64,000 bases of DNA, from NCBI GenBank assembly GCA_910577095.1, contig CAJTLY010000006.1:1344-65343 (forward strand). The letters are read 5' to 3'. This stretch comes from an uncultured Alphaproteobacteria bacterium (GTDB taxonomy: Bacteria > Pseudomonadota > Alphaproteobacteria > RF32 > CAG-239). A program made the position numbers and the translations under genes. Below the pieces are notes generated by a model. The model was not told the DNA's origin and made no database searches. It saw only the letters and a list, made by a program, of their open reading frames with translations. Shown here piece after piece: positions 8,951-17,093 of this stretch (the first letter of the stretch is position 1; each line of letters starts with the position of its first letter).

Positions 8951-9244
8951 ATGGAATGCGCCAAAGATTATCAGGCGATCATAAGCGCCGAAGGCAAGCT
9001 GGCCTTCGTGATTCCTGCCGGCATGACCGCTCCGGGAAACGCACCCCAAATTGTTTACAACGGCGGCAATTCGGCTTTGCTTTACCGCTCTTCCGGTGAC
9101 GTTATGGTATTGGACGACCTTCACCCGCAGGTTCGGGAAGCTCTTGTCCAAGTCAGTCAGGCCGTCATTATCGAAACCGACCGCCAAACCGGTTACACAT
9201 TGTACGATTACGCGGCAAACGTAAAAAAAATAACAACGCGATAA
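8951..9244 (+). CDS. hypothetical protein (97 aa), translationally coupled to the preceding ORF
   Basis: ATG 8951 lies 1 nt after the TGA of the upstream ORF (TGAtATG). The track start at 8927 is the alternative. No family recognised. Confidence 0.5.
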   Translation: MECAKDYQAIISAEGKLAFVIPAGMTAPGNAPQIVYNGGNSALLYRSSGDVMVLDDLHPQVREALVQVSQAVIIETDRQTGYTLYDYAANVKKITTR

Positions 9245-9274
9245 AAAACTTTTTTACAACCTTAAGACATAAGC

Positions 9275-10387
9275 TCACGAACGGGCAGCGGGCTCAAAAA
9301 TTTCACCGCCAATGACCGGTTCAACCACACCGGTGGTTGAAGGAAAACTCACCGGCAGCCGGTAAAGGCGCCGTACCGCCCAAAAAGCGGCCGCCTGCGC
9401 GTCCGCTGCCTCTGCTTCCCAACCGACGTCCGACGCATTGCGGACCGACACTTCCGGCAAACGTTGACGCAAAAACCGCATCAAAGTCGGATTTTTGGCA
9501 CCGCCGCCGCATACAATCACCTCCCGCGGCGGTTCGGGAAGATACAAGGCCATCGAATAAGCAACCGATTCAGCCACAAATGCGGTTGCCGTCGCCGCGC
9601 CGTCTTCCAGAGTCAGTCCCTCCAAATGTTCCATTTTTTCGGCAAATACCGTACGGTCACAGGCTTTGGGAGGGCTGAGCGCAATATATTTATGATGCAT
9701 CAGGGTATTGAGGATTTTTTGATCGACATGACCGGTAACGGCCAATTTGCCGTTATAATCCATATACATGCCGCCGTGCTTGGTAACCCAGTCGTTAATC
9801 ACCGCATTGCCGGGCCCGCACACGAAGGCTTTCATCTCGCCGCTGCTTCCCAACCAAACAATCTCCGAAGTTCCGCCGATGTCGACAATAACCAACGGCC
9901 GTTCCATTTTGGCGGCCAACGCTTCGTAATAAACCGGTGCAAACGGCGCCCCCTGCCCGCCGGCCAAAATATCGGCGTTGCGGAAGCGCGTCACGGTGCG
10001 GATACCGGTAAGATCGGCCATCAACTGTCCGTCGCCGATCTGATGCGTATAATGCTCCGACGGCCGGTGACAAACGGTATGACCGCCAAAACCGAGAACA
10101 TCCGGCACCAACGACTCTTCCTGCACAAAACCGCAGACTGCCGCTGCCGCAAATTCACTGAAGGCAATTTCGGCACGACGGATATTAACCGCGTTTTCCG
10201 GCGAGTCCGCCCTTTTTCCCAACACCGAACGAATCTGATCCAGCAATTCGTCTTCATAAGGCACCGTCCGGGAAGGCCCTCGGCAATAAACGTCAACGCC
10301 GTCGGTTTCCGTCACCGCCAGCCCGAGTCCGTCAAGGGATGTAGAACCGACAATTCCCACCGCTGTCAAATTTTTAATATTATTCAT
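9275..10387 (-). CDS. anmK: anhydro-N-acetylmuramic acid kinase
   Basis: 370 aa. N-terminal GIVGSTSLDGLG (the GxMSGTSxDG type) and an ASKHA-fold kinase layout. Confidence 0.85.
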   Translation of the reverse strand: MNNIKNLTAVGIVGSTSLDGLGLAVTETDGVDVYCRGPSRTVPYEDELLDQIRSVLGKRADSPENAVNIRRAEIAFSEFAAAAVCGFVQEESLVPDVLGFGGHTVCHRPSEHYTHQIGDGQLMADLTGIRTVTRFRNADILAGGQGAPFAPVYYEALAAKMERPLVIVDIGGTSEIVWLGSSGEMKAFVCGPGNAVINDWVTKHGGMYMDYNGKLAVTGHVDQKILNTLMHHKYIALSPPKACDRTVFAEKMEHLEGLTLEDGAATATAFVAESVAYSMALYLPEPPREVIVCGGGAKNPTLMRFLRQRLPEVSVRNASDVGWEAEAADAQAAAFWAVRRLYRLPVSFPSTTGVVEPVIGGEIFEPAARS

Positions 10388-10474
10388 GATTCATTTAAAA
10401 ACATTATAACCATATTGCACTCCGAAAATTATATGCTAATATGCGTTAAGAATTTATTATAAAGGCGAGGAAAA

Positions 10475-11734
10475 ATGAGTAACTTTAAATCCGAATTTCT
10501 GAATATCATGCTTGAACGCGGTTTTTACAACCAATGCACCAACGAAAGCGGTTTCGACCAATATTTGTACGATTGCGAGCAAAAAGGCGTTCCGGCGGTG
10601 GGTTATCTCGGTTCCGACCCTACCGGCGACAGTCTTCACGTCGGCCATATCGTGCCGCTGATGATGATGCGCTGGTTTCAAAAATGCGGACACAAACCGC
10701 TGACGCTGGTAGGCGGCGCCACCGCCCGCATCGGCGATCCTTCGGGCAAGGACAAACTGCGTCCTTTCCTCAGTGAAGAAACCTTAAATCATAACATCGA
10801 AGGACTGAAAAAATCTTTCGGCAAATTCTTGAAATTCGGCAACGGCCAAAACGATGCCGTCATGGTCGACAACTGGAACTGGTTCAAAGACATCAACTAT
10901 CTCGCGTTTTTGCGTGACATCGGAACCTATTATTCGGTTAACCGCATGTTAACGATGGAAAGCGTCAAAACCCGGTTGGAACGCGAACAACCGATGAGCT
11001 TTCTCGAGTTCAACTACATGCTGCTGCAAGGATACGACTTTTGCGAACTTTACCAACAATACGGCTGCCGGGCGCAAATTGCCGGATCGGACCAGTGGGG
11101 CAACATCACTTCGGGAACCGAACTCGGACGGCGCAAATACGATGTTGAGCTGTTCGGCTTCACCAGTCCGATCATCACCGATTCGGCCGGCAAGAAAATG
11201 GGCAAATCGGAAGGCAACGCGGTATGGATCAACGACGAGAAACTGCCGGCCTACGACTACTACCAATACTTCCGCAACATCGGCGACAGCGAAGTCGGCA
11301 AATGCCTGCGCATTTACACCGATCTGCCGATCGACGAAATCCGGCGGTTGGAAGCTTTGAAAGATCAGGAAATCAACGAAGCCAAAAAAATTCTCGCTTT
11401 CGAAGCCACCAAAATCTGCCGCGGTCTCGAAGAAGCCCAAGCCGCTCGGGAAACTGCCGTCAAAACCTTTGAACAAGGCGGCATCGGCGGCGAACTGCCG
11501 ACACTTGAAAAAGATTGCGTTACCGGGCTGCCGGTGCTGGATTTGTTTGTCGAAATCGGCTTCTGCGCCAGCAAAGGCGAAGTGCGCCGCCTGATCAAAC
11601 AAGGCGGCATCAAAATCAACGATTGTACCGTCCATGACGAGAACTACCTCCTAAAAGAGGAAGACATTGTCGACGGACAGGTTAAAATCGCCCAAGGCAA
11701 AAAGAAGTTCGGTTTGGTCAAACAGACCTGTTGA
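10475..11734 (+). CDS. tyrS: tyrosine--tRNA ligase
   Basis: 419 aa. HIGH motif HVGH, KMSKS motif KMGKS, and a C-terminal S4-like domain. Confidence 0.95.
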   Translation: MSNFKSEFLNIMLERGFYNQCTNESGFDQYLYDCEQKGVPAVGYLGSDPTGDSLHVGHIVPLMMMRWFQKCGHKPLTLVGGATARIGDPSGKDKLRPFLSEETLNHNIEGLKKSFGKFLKFGNGQNDAVMVDNWNWFKDINYLAFLRDIGTYYSVNRMLTMESVKTRLEREQPMSFLEFNYMLLQGYDFCELYQQYGCRAQIAGSDQWGNITSGTELGRRKYDVELFGFTSPIITDSAGKKMGKSEGNAVWINDEKLPAYDYYQYFRNIGDSEVGKCLRIYTDLPIDEIRRLEALKDQEINEAKKILAFEATKICRGLEEAQAARETAVKTFEQGGIGGELPTLEKDCVTGLPVLDLFVEIGFCASKGEVRRLIKQGGIKINDCTVHDENYLLKEEDIVDGQVKIAQGKKKFGLVKQTC

Positions 11735-11759
11735 CAAAATTTAGTCTAAATGTTAGACT
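11731..11759 (+). promoter_or_regulatory. sigma70-like promoter TTGACA-N17-TAGACT overlapping the tyrS stop codon
   Basis: -35 at 11731-11736 contains the tyrS TGA. The spacer carries the inverted repeat AGTCTAA-ATG-TTAGACT. Confidence 0.45.
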
Positions 11760-11805
11760 GCATTCCAACGAAACAATTATTAACCAATTATAAAACTCAA
11801 TCGCT

Positions 11806-12030
11806 ATGAACAAAGAAGCACGCATTAAAAAAGTGATGACCAGCAACTATCTGTACACGCTGTTTTTCGACGACGGGACTTCTCTTGAAATTTATAAGAC
11901 CAAGTTCCGCGGAACCCGACGCCCTCACACCGGCGACCTGTTCAAACTGACGGAAAAGTCCCTGCCCGACGGAAAAACCGAGTCCAGAATGTTTCTGAAC
12001 GGAAACGAAGTTAAAGGACAACTCCTTTAA
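11806..12030 (+). CDS. small hypothetical protein (74 aa), paralog of the next ORF
   Basis: Shares F(R/G)..R(R/K)P..GD...(L/I) and LN(G/E) segments with ORF 12068-12280. Confidence 0.45.
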   Translation: MNKEARIKKVMTSNYLYTLFFDDGTSLEIYKTKFRGTRRPHTGDLFKLTEKSLPDGKTESRMFLNGNEVKGQLL

Positions 12031-12067
12031 TAAATAAACATAGTAATAACCCTAAAAACATTTTTTT

Positions 12068-12280
12068 ATGTTATTGGAAAGAACCTTAAAAATCGCTTCT
12101 GTCGAGAAAAGAGAAGACAGATACGGAATCTGGCCCGAGATGGCAACGCCGTTTTCGCTGCCTTGCCACATTTTCGGGGATCGCAAACCGCAACGCGGCG
12201 ATACGATCGTGATCGAATACCGGGATGACGACATCGTCGGTGCCGTCCTGAACGAAGTCCGCATCATGTCGCCCGCCTGA
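12068..12280 (+). CDS. small hypothetical protein (70 aa), paralog of the previous ORF
   Basis: FGDRKPQRGDTIVIEY compares with FRGTRRPHTGDLFKLTE in the upstream ORF. A terminator follows. Confidence 0.45.
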   Translation: MLLERTLKIASVEKREDRYGIWPEMATPFSLPCHIFGDRKPQRGDTIVIEYRDDDIVGAVLNEVRIMSPA

Positions 12281-12302
12281 TCTCGGCTGCATGGCATCTG
12301 CC

Positions 12303-12336
12303 AAAGACCGCATGTTAAAAACATGCGGTCTTTTTG
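12303..12336 (+). terminator. rho-independent terminator
   Basis: GACCGCATG-loop7-CATGCGGTC followed by TTTTT. Confidence 0.75.
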
Positions 12337-12377
12337 GTATTTTAAATTTTAACCCGGCGCAGCCCCGCAAAAAGCTA

Positions 12378-12405
12378 TTGACAAGCCGGGAAAAAACGCT
12401 ATATT
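12378..12405 (+). promoter_or_regulatory. sigma70-like promoter TTGACA-N16-TATATT for rpmG
   Basis: Hexamers and spacing read directly. Confidence 0.5.
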
Positions 12406-12450
12406 ACAGAAAAACTTGCGTTTAACACTAAAATTTTAAGAGTAAAAGAC

Positions 12451-12618
12451 ATGGCAAAAGCAATCAAAGTAAAAGTTAAAATGGAAAGCACCGCCGGAAC
12501 CGGTACCTTTTTCGTCGCCGAAAAAAATCCGAGAACCCATCCGGAAAAACTGTCCATGAAAAAATACGACAAGAAGTCGAAAAAACATGAAGAATTCGTT
12601 GAAAAGAAGCTGAAGTAA
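12451..12618 (+). CDS. rpmG: 50S ribosomal protein L33
   Basis: Below the 60-aa ORF-track cutoff. Hand translation gives MAKAIKVKVKMESTAGTGTFFVAEKNPRTHPEKLSMKKYDKKSKKHEEFVEKKLK, which matches the L33 pattern MAK..R.KI.L.S.AGTG.FY..KN.R..PEKL..KKYD. Confidence 0.9.
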   Translation: MAKAIKVKVKMESTAGTGTFFVAEKNPRTHPEKLSMKKYDKKSKKHEEFVEKKLK

Positions 12619-12641
12619 TCTTTTCTGTTTAAAAGTTGTCA

Positions 12642-12668
12642 ATGCCGGTTTCTGACCGGCATTTTTTG
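12642..12668 (+). terminator. rho-independent terminator after rpmG
   Basis: TGCCGGT-loop5-ACCGGCA followed by TTTTTT. Confidence 0.75.
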
Positions 12669-12733
12669 TATCCGTTTAACCAACTCTCACCGACACCCGA
12701 TCCGACCGACCGTACATCTGCCTATTTTGGATA

Positions 12734-12762
12734 TTGACATCAGGCTTTTTTGGGGGTATTTT
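12734..12762 (+). promoter_or_regulatory. sigma70-like promoter TTGACA-N17-TATTTT
   Basis: Followed directly by GTCTAAAG. Confidence 0.4.
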
Positions 12763-12800
12763 GTCTAAAGCACACAATTATTAACTAACAATTTTAAACG

Positions 12801-13235
12801 ATGAAAAATGTCATAACTATTTTAGCGGTTTTCACCCTGATCGCTGCCGGCATCTGCTTTTACCTGTTTTCTTTCGCTGTTGCCATGATTTTCTTTGTCA
12901 TTTACCTGGTCATTACCGGTATTTTCGTATACGGTTTCTGGCACGACGGGAAACTTCAGAAACAGTGGCTGCGGTCCCCGGTCCTCCCGGATTCTCCGCA
13001 GTTCGACGATCTGTTCTGGAGCATGACGATGTCCAACCAGGACTGGTACATTGAACATATTCTGAAAGACGAAGGCATGAAACAGTTGATTCAAAGGTAC
13101 GAAACCACGATCCGCGAAATCTGGAACAACCGTGACGGGGAAATCTCCGAGAAAATCGAAAAGAGTTCCGTCTATATGAAACGGTTGAAGTCGATGCTGA
13201 TCACGCAAGAATTCAACACATTGCGTCGGGACTGA
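12801..13235 (+). CDS. hypothetical membrane protein (144 aa, two N-terminal TM helices)
   Basis: Hydrophobic N-terminus, then a charged helical C-terminal half. It has its own promoter and terminator. No family recognised. Confidence 0.5.
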   Translation: MKNVITILAVFTLIAAGICFYLFSFAVAMIFFVIYLVITGIFVYGFWHDGKLQKQWLRSPVLPDSPQFDDLFWSMTMSNQDWYIEHILKDEGMKQLIQRYETTIREIWNNRDGEISEKIEKSSVYMKRLKSMLITQEFNTLRRD

Positions 13236-13251
13236 TCTTTTCACAAAATCC

Positions 13252-13287
13252 AAAGCACTGTCGACAACGTCGACCGTGCTTTTTTAT
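13252..13287 (+). terminator. rho-independent terminator
   Basis: GCAC(t)GTCGAC-AAC-GTCGAC(c)GTGC followed by TTTTTT. Confidence 0.7.
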
Positions 13288-13351
13288 TGCGCCTTTCCCA
13301 ATATCTGTTTTTTTTGCTTGCAATTTACATCAAATTATTTAATATTACTTC

Positions 13352-13512
13352 AGCATTCCTAAAACCGAATGTTATATCTGGCAAACAACTTCAACTTGCC
13401 AGCCTTTCTCTGGAAGGAGTGCCGGTAATATATTGAATAACGACGGCTGTCATACCGACAGTTTGTTAGCTCCTTCCGCCCTGATTCAAACGATCTCGGC
13501 GGTTTTGTTTTA
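13352..13512 (+). ncRNA. candidate ~160-nt small RNA with its own promoter and terminator
   Basis: TTGCAA-N16-TAATAT promoter at 13318-13345. Hairpin CTGGCAA/TTGCCAG (13378-13402). Long-range stem GGAAGGAG/CTCCTTCC (13412-13419 / 13470-13477) enclosing the CTGTC/GACAG hairpin. Terminal CCGCC...GGCGG stem plus TTTTGTTTT (13476-13510). No convincing ORF. Confidence 0.35.
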
Positions 13513-13518
13513 TACCCG

Positions 13519-14124
13519 TTACTTTTTGCTGATAAAAGAATTGCCGCGAATATAAAAACGCCATGGCATGTCTTTGTATTCTTCCGCATAATCGATTCCG
13601 ATCCGCGGCCGTGCCTCAAATTCATATTTATCCATACCGGGACTGATCCATACCGTATTGCCGTTCAAATCGATACCGTCGTGTTGCCGGCGGGTTATTG
13701 CCAGCGCCTGACACAGCTTTCCCGGACCGGTGGTCAGACAATTCAATTTTTCGCAACGGCGCCGTTTCTTCATTTCCTCAATCCCGGCAATCGGTTCCAG
13801 TGCGCGAATCAAAACCGCGTTGGCCGTTCCTTGCGGTCCCGCCACCACGTTAAATTGATTATACATTCCGTAAACAAAAAAGACATACGCACATCCGCCC
13901 GGTTTAAACATGGTGGCGGTACGCGGCGTCAGTTTATTCGGCCAGGCATGACAAGCTTTGTCACAGCTGCCGATATAAACCTCCAGTTCGGTAATCATTC
14001 CGGCCGTCAAAACGCCGTCAATCCGTGTACACAGATAAGCGCCTAACAAATGTTGCCGAGCCAGTTCAAAAGCGTCTCCCTGATAAATTTCTTTATCGAA
14101 CCTCAAGCCGAAATCCGGTTGCAT
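13519..14124 (-). CDS. mpg: DNA-3-methyladenine glycosylase (Mpg/AAG family)
   Basis: LARQHLLGAYL...GMITELEVYIG..DKACHAW matches the Mpg pattern (LLGK.L...G.IVETEAY.G..D.A.HA). The start was moved to ATG 14124, which has a GGAG SD. Confidence 0.8.
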   Translation of the reverse strand: MQPDFGLRFDKEIYQGDAFELARQHLLGAYLCTRIDGVLTAGMITELEVYIGSCDKACHAWPNKLTPRTATMFKPGGCAYVFFVYGMYNQFNVVAGPQGTANAVLIRALEPIAGIEEMKKRRRCEKLNCLTTGPGKLCQALAITRRQHDGIDLNGNTVWISPGMDKYEFEARPRIGIDYAEEYKDMPWRFYIRGNSFISKK

Positions 14125-14214
14125 CCTTTTCTCCGTTGATGTATTTTTACCAAACTTACAGTCTTTTACGGCAAAAAACAACCGTTGTACTCATAAAATA
14201 AATCTTTTTTACAC

Positions 14215-14242
14215 TTGACATCAAAATTTTAATTTATATATT
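14215..14242 (+). promoter_or_regulatory. sigma70-like promoter TTGACA-N16-TATATT
   Basis: Read directly upstream of ORF 14298. Confidence 0.4.
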
Positions 14243-14297
14243 GACCTGCTCAAATTGATTATTCTAAATAATTATTAACAATAAAAAACCTATCAAA

Positions 14298-14828
14298 ATG
14301 AATCAAAATGTGTTTATTTTTTTAATGCTTGTGTGGGCCTTGTGCAATTTTTCAGCCTGCGGAACCCTGATTTTACGTCGTTGTACCAAAACTATTCAAC
14401 AACAAAAAAAATGGAAACGCGTTATCAAAAGCAGTGTTTTTCTCAACCTCGGCGCAATGATCGCCTTTTCCGACAGTCTTGCCGGAAATTTCGGCTTGTT
14501 GCTTCTGATGATCGGAAACATCTTCCTGTCCTCATGGAGTATCAAAGCCGTCTGCCGCCAGTACGAAAAACAGCTTCGCCGGCAAAAATTTTCTTTTCAG
14601 GTCGATTGGATCAAGCACAACATTGCCTACGGCACGGTTGAAATTGACGGAATCAGATATCACGCCTTTATTCCTCCGGTATGGATGAACGAATACCGGG
14701 ACGAAAACGGCCGTCTTGTTCCGGGAACTTTTAAAAAATATCCGGTCCGGTCGACACTGTCGGCACAATTCAAACGCTTCGTTCCGGTTTACGGCGACGG
14801 TATGCGGCCCATGGTGGAACTCGGCTGA
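14298..14828 (+). CDS. hypothetical membrane protein (176 aa)
   Basis: Two to three TM helices and then a soluble C-terminal domain. The 5' part is AT-rich. No family recognised. Confidence 0.45.
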   Translation: MNQNVFIFLMLVWALCNFSACGTLILRRCTKTIQQQKKWKRVIKSSVFLNLGAMIAFSDSLAGNFGLLLLMIGNIFLSSWSIKAVCRQYEKQLRRQKFSFQVDWIKHNIAYGTVEIDGIRYHAFIPPVWMNEYRDENGRLVPGTFKKYPVRSTLSAQFKRFVPVYGDGMRPMVELG

Positions 14829-14845
14829 CCTCTGACAAACTCTGC

Positions 14846-14878
14846 AAAAGGAGCGGCATTCGCCGTCTCCTTTTTTTA
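14846..14878 (+). terminator. rho-independent terminator
   Basis: GGAGCGGC-ATTC-GCCG(t)CTCC followed by TTTTTTT. Confidence 0.7.
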
Positions 14879-14952
14879 TTGCCGATATTTTGCAGATTTT
14901 AAGACATCTGTCGAAATTGCAGGCCTTTTTTACCGCGCACACGTTGAACACC

Positions 14953-14981
14953 TTGACTTTTTGCCGCGGTTGTTCCATAAT
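14953..14981 (+). promoter_or_regulatory. sigma70-like promoter TTGACT-N17-CATAAT
   Basis: Read directly upstream of ORF 15015. Confidence 0.4.
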
Positions 14982-15014
14982 TTGTCCATATTTTAATTAT
15001 TAATACCAAATACT

Positions 15015-15557
15015 ATGAAAAAATTTATCATTTATCGGCACGGAGAATATGACGATCGTCAAGAACTGACAGCTCAAAGCGCTCAGGAAATTTTTGCCCG
15101 GACTTTGTTAATCAAACAGCAAATCGGCTGCGCCGGGATGGTCCTTACCTCTCCCGTCTGTCGGGCAGAACAAACCGCGCGCGTCATTGCCTTGGCTATG
15201 AACAATGCCCGCATTGAAACCGAAGCGCTGCTGGCTGAACATATGTCCGATCACCCCCGCGAAGGCAGAGACAGGTTGATCAAACTGGCCGGAGGACAAA
15301 AGTGCGATATCATTGCCGTTGTCTCCCACCGTCCCAACATCAGCCGGATGTTTATGGTCGGCCTCAACCCCGGGATGGAAATTATTTTTGAGGCTGAAAG
15401 CTGGGGAGAGATTTTTGAAAACCTCGGCGGCAATCTCATCGCCCGCTCGCAAACGCCCCCTGACGAATCTTTATTGCAGCGTTATTTCAATCCGGTGTGC
15501 AGCGAAGAAGAACTGCAACAATTACGTCGGCTTGACTTTTTAGCACCGCAACTGTAA
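15015..15557 (+). CDS. histidine phosphatase superfamily protein (SixA/PGAM-like)
   Basis: N-terminal IIYRHGE (RHG catalytic motif) and a downstream SH(R/E)P-type motif VVSHRP. Confidence 0.65.
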   Translation: MKKFIIYRHGEYDDRQELTAQSAQEIFARTLLIKQQIGCAGMVLTSPVCRAEQTARVIALAMNNARIETEALLAEHMSDHPREGRDRLIKLAGGQKCDIIAVVSHRPNISRMFMVGLNPGMEIIFEAESWGEIFENLGGNLIARSQTPPDESLLQRYFNPVCSEEELQQLRRLDFLAPQL

Positions 15558-15573
15558 AAACCCGAATTCGGGT

Positions 15574-15609
15574 ATAAAAAAAAGCGACCTTTCAGGGTCG
15601 CTTTTTTTG
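15574..15609. terminator. bidirectional rho-independent terminator
   Basis: AAAAAAAA-AGCGACC-loop6-GGTCGCT-TTTTTT. It serves convergent genes 15015-15557 (+) and 15627-16199 (-). Confidence 0.75.
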
Positions 15610-15626
15610 AGAATCAGCTTTCGCTT

Positions 15627-16199
15627 TTAACGGCGGACAAACTTGCCGGCACGTTCTTTACGGCGCTGTTTTTTCGGATTTTCCCGTCGGTCACCGTTAA
15701 ACGGCGGCAGCCACGGAACCAGTTCGTTGTTGAACTTCATGTTCACCCGCCAGCCGTGACGATCCTGAGAATTGGGACAACCGGCATTGCGTTCGGCACG
15801 AATCTCCATGAACTCGGCAATCGACGCATAATCGGGCATATCTTCCGACATCGCACGCAGCGTTCCGGGAACGTAGGTCATACGCGGCATCAAAGCCTGA
15901 GCCAGCAGAGCATTGACCGGCCCCTGAAACGAGACTTCCGCACCGCCGCCCTCTTTGTCTTCGATCATATATTCATAACCGTCGCAGGCGGTAATGATCC
16001 TCATATAACCTTCGCCCAGCAGTACCAAGGTGTTGTTAACCGAGCGGCCGATCTCACGTAATGTGATGTGCCCTCTTTCCTCTTCTCCGTCGATGTTCCA
16101 GCGTTTGCCGTCGCCCTGCGTAATTTTATACATCAGAACTTTGGTGCTCTGGGTAATGTCGAAACGGAAAAAGCATCGGGTGATTTTTTTCTCTTCCAT
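15627..16199 (-). CDS. hypothetical protein (190 aa) with a basic C-terminal tail
   Basis: No signal peptide. C-terminus is NPKKQRRKERAGKFVRR. It lies downstream of the metallophosphoesterase on the same strand. No family recognised. Confidence 0.5.
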   Translation of the reverse strand: MEEKKITRCFFRFDITQSTKVLMYKITQGDGKRWNIDGEEERGHITLREIGRSVNNTLVLLGEGYMRIITACDGYEYMIEDKEGGGAEVSFQGPVNALLAQALMPRMTYVPGTLRAMSEDMPDYASIAEFMEIRAERNAGCPNSQDRHGWRVNMKFNNELVPWLPPFNGDRRENPKKQRRKERAGKFVRR

Positions 16200-16280
16200 A
16201 ATTCAGTATAGTTTAATTGGTTAATAATTCTTTGGATAAAACCAGTATAGCGGCAACAAACAATAGAATCAAGTTTTTTG

Positions 16281-17093
16281 TCAAATTTTGGATTGATTTT
16301 TTTGCCAGTCAATAACTACGATTTCAGGAACGCTTCCAAACCGCAGCGGCAACACGCTGGTTCCGATGCCGACCGTCACCAACATCTGACGTCCATCTTC
16401 CTCAATCAGCCCGCGAATATAGCGCTGCCCGTAAACCGAACTCGAAACCGGCGCCCCGATTCCGGGAATATAAATCTGGCCGCCGTGCGTATGACCGGCC
16501 AATGTCAAAACCACTTGCGGCGGCACCGCGGGAAAGACGTCCGGCGAATGAGAAAGCAAAATCACCGGACCTTCCGATCGGGTCAACGCCCGTTCGATAT
16601 CGGGATGCCCGGTATCAAAGTCTTCTACCCCGGCCAGATAAAAAGAACCTCCGCCCGTCTTAATCGCCTGTCCTTCATTTTGCAGAACTTTAATCCGATT
16701 TTGTTGCAAGGCTGCGGCCATCTCCCGCTTCCCATACCAGGTATCATGATTGCCCAGCACGGCAAAAATGCCGTACGACGCTCTGATTTCAGATAATCCG
16801 GCCGCAATTTCCGCAGCAGGCATTGAACTTCGGCGCACATGACCGTTAGCCAGATCACCGCCCACCAACACCACATCGGGCCGTTGACGGTTAATTTCCG
16901 CCACCAGTTTTTGCAAACGGGACCGTTCGCCGGGTGCCAGATGAAGATCGGATACCCACACCATCCGTATATTTTCCAGCCCCGGTGCCGAGAACCGATA
17001 ATGCCTGACCACCAGCAGACGCGGCTCAATCGCGGCCGCCCACAACAAAAGCAAACCGCCGATAACAACGCCGCTCCAAAACAATTTCCGCAT
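16281..17093 (-). CDS. membrane-anchored metallophosphoesterase (calcineurin-like, YkuE-type)
   Basis: N-terminal TM helix followed by the DLHL, GGDL, GNHD and GHTHGGQ metal-binding motifs. Confidence 0.8.
   Translation of the reverse strand: MRKLFWSGVVIGGLLLLWAAAIEPRLLVVRHYRFSAPGLENIRMVWVSDLHLAPGERSRLQKLVAEINRQRPDVVLVGGDLANGHVRRSSMPAAEIAAGLSEIRASYGIFAVLGNHDTWYGKREMAAALQQNRIKVLQNEGQAIKTGGGSFYLAGVEDFDTGHPDIERALTRSEGPVILLSHSPDVFPAVPPQVVLTLAGHTHGGQIYIPGIGAPVSSSVYGQRYIRGLIEEDGRQMLVTVGIGTSVLPLRFGSVPEIVVIDWQKNQSKI

Noticed and set aside
12436-12642. A 68-aa minus-strand ORF in the ORF track.
   Set aside because: It is exactly antisense to a textbook L33 (rpmG) gene that falls below the track's length cutoff.
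13359-13625. An 88-aa minus-strand ORF covering the candidate sRNA region and overlapping the 3' end of mpg.
   Set aside because: It overlaps mpg in another frame, has no SD or promoter, and gives an implausible sequence. The region is better explained by plus-strand promoter, hairpin and terminator signals.
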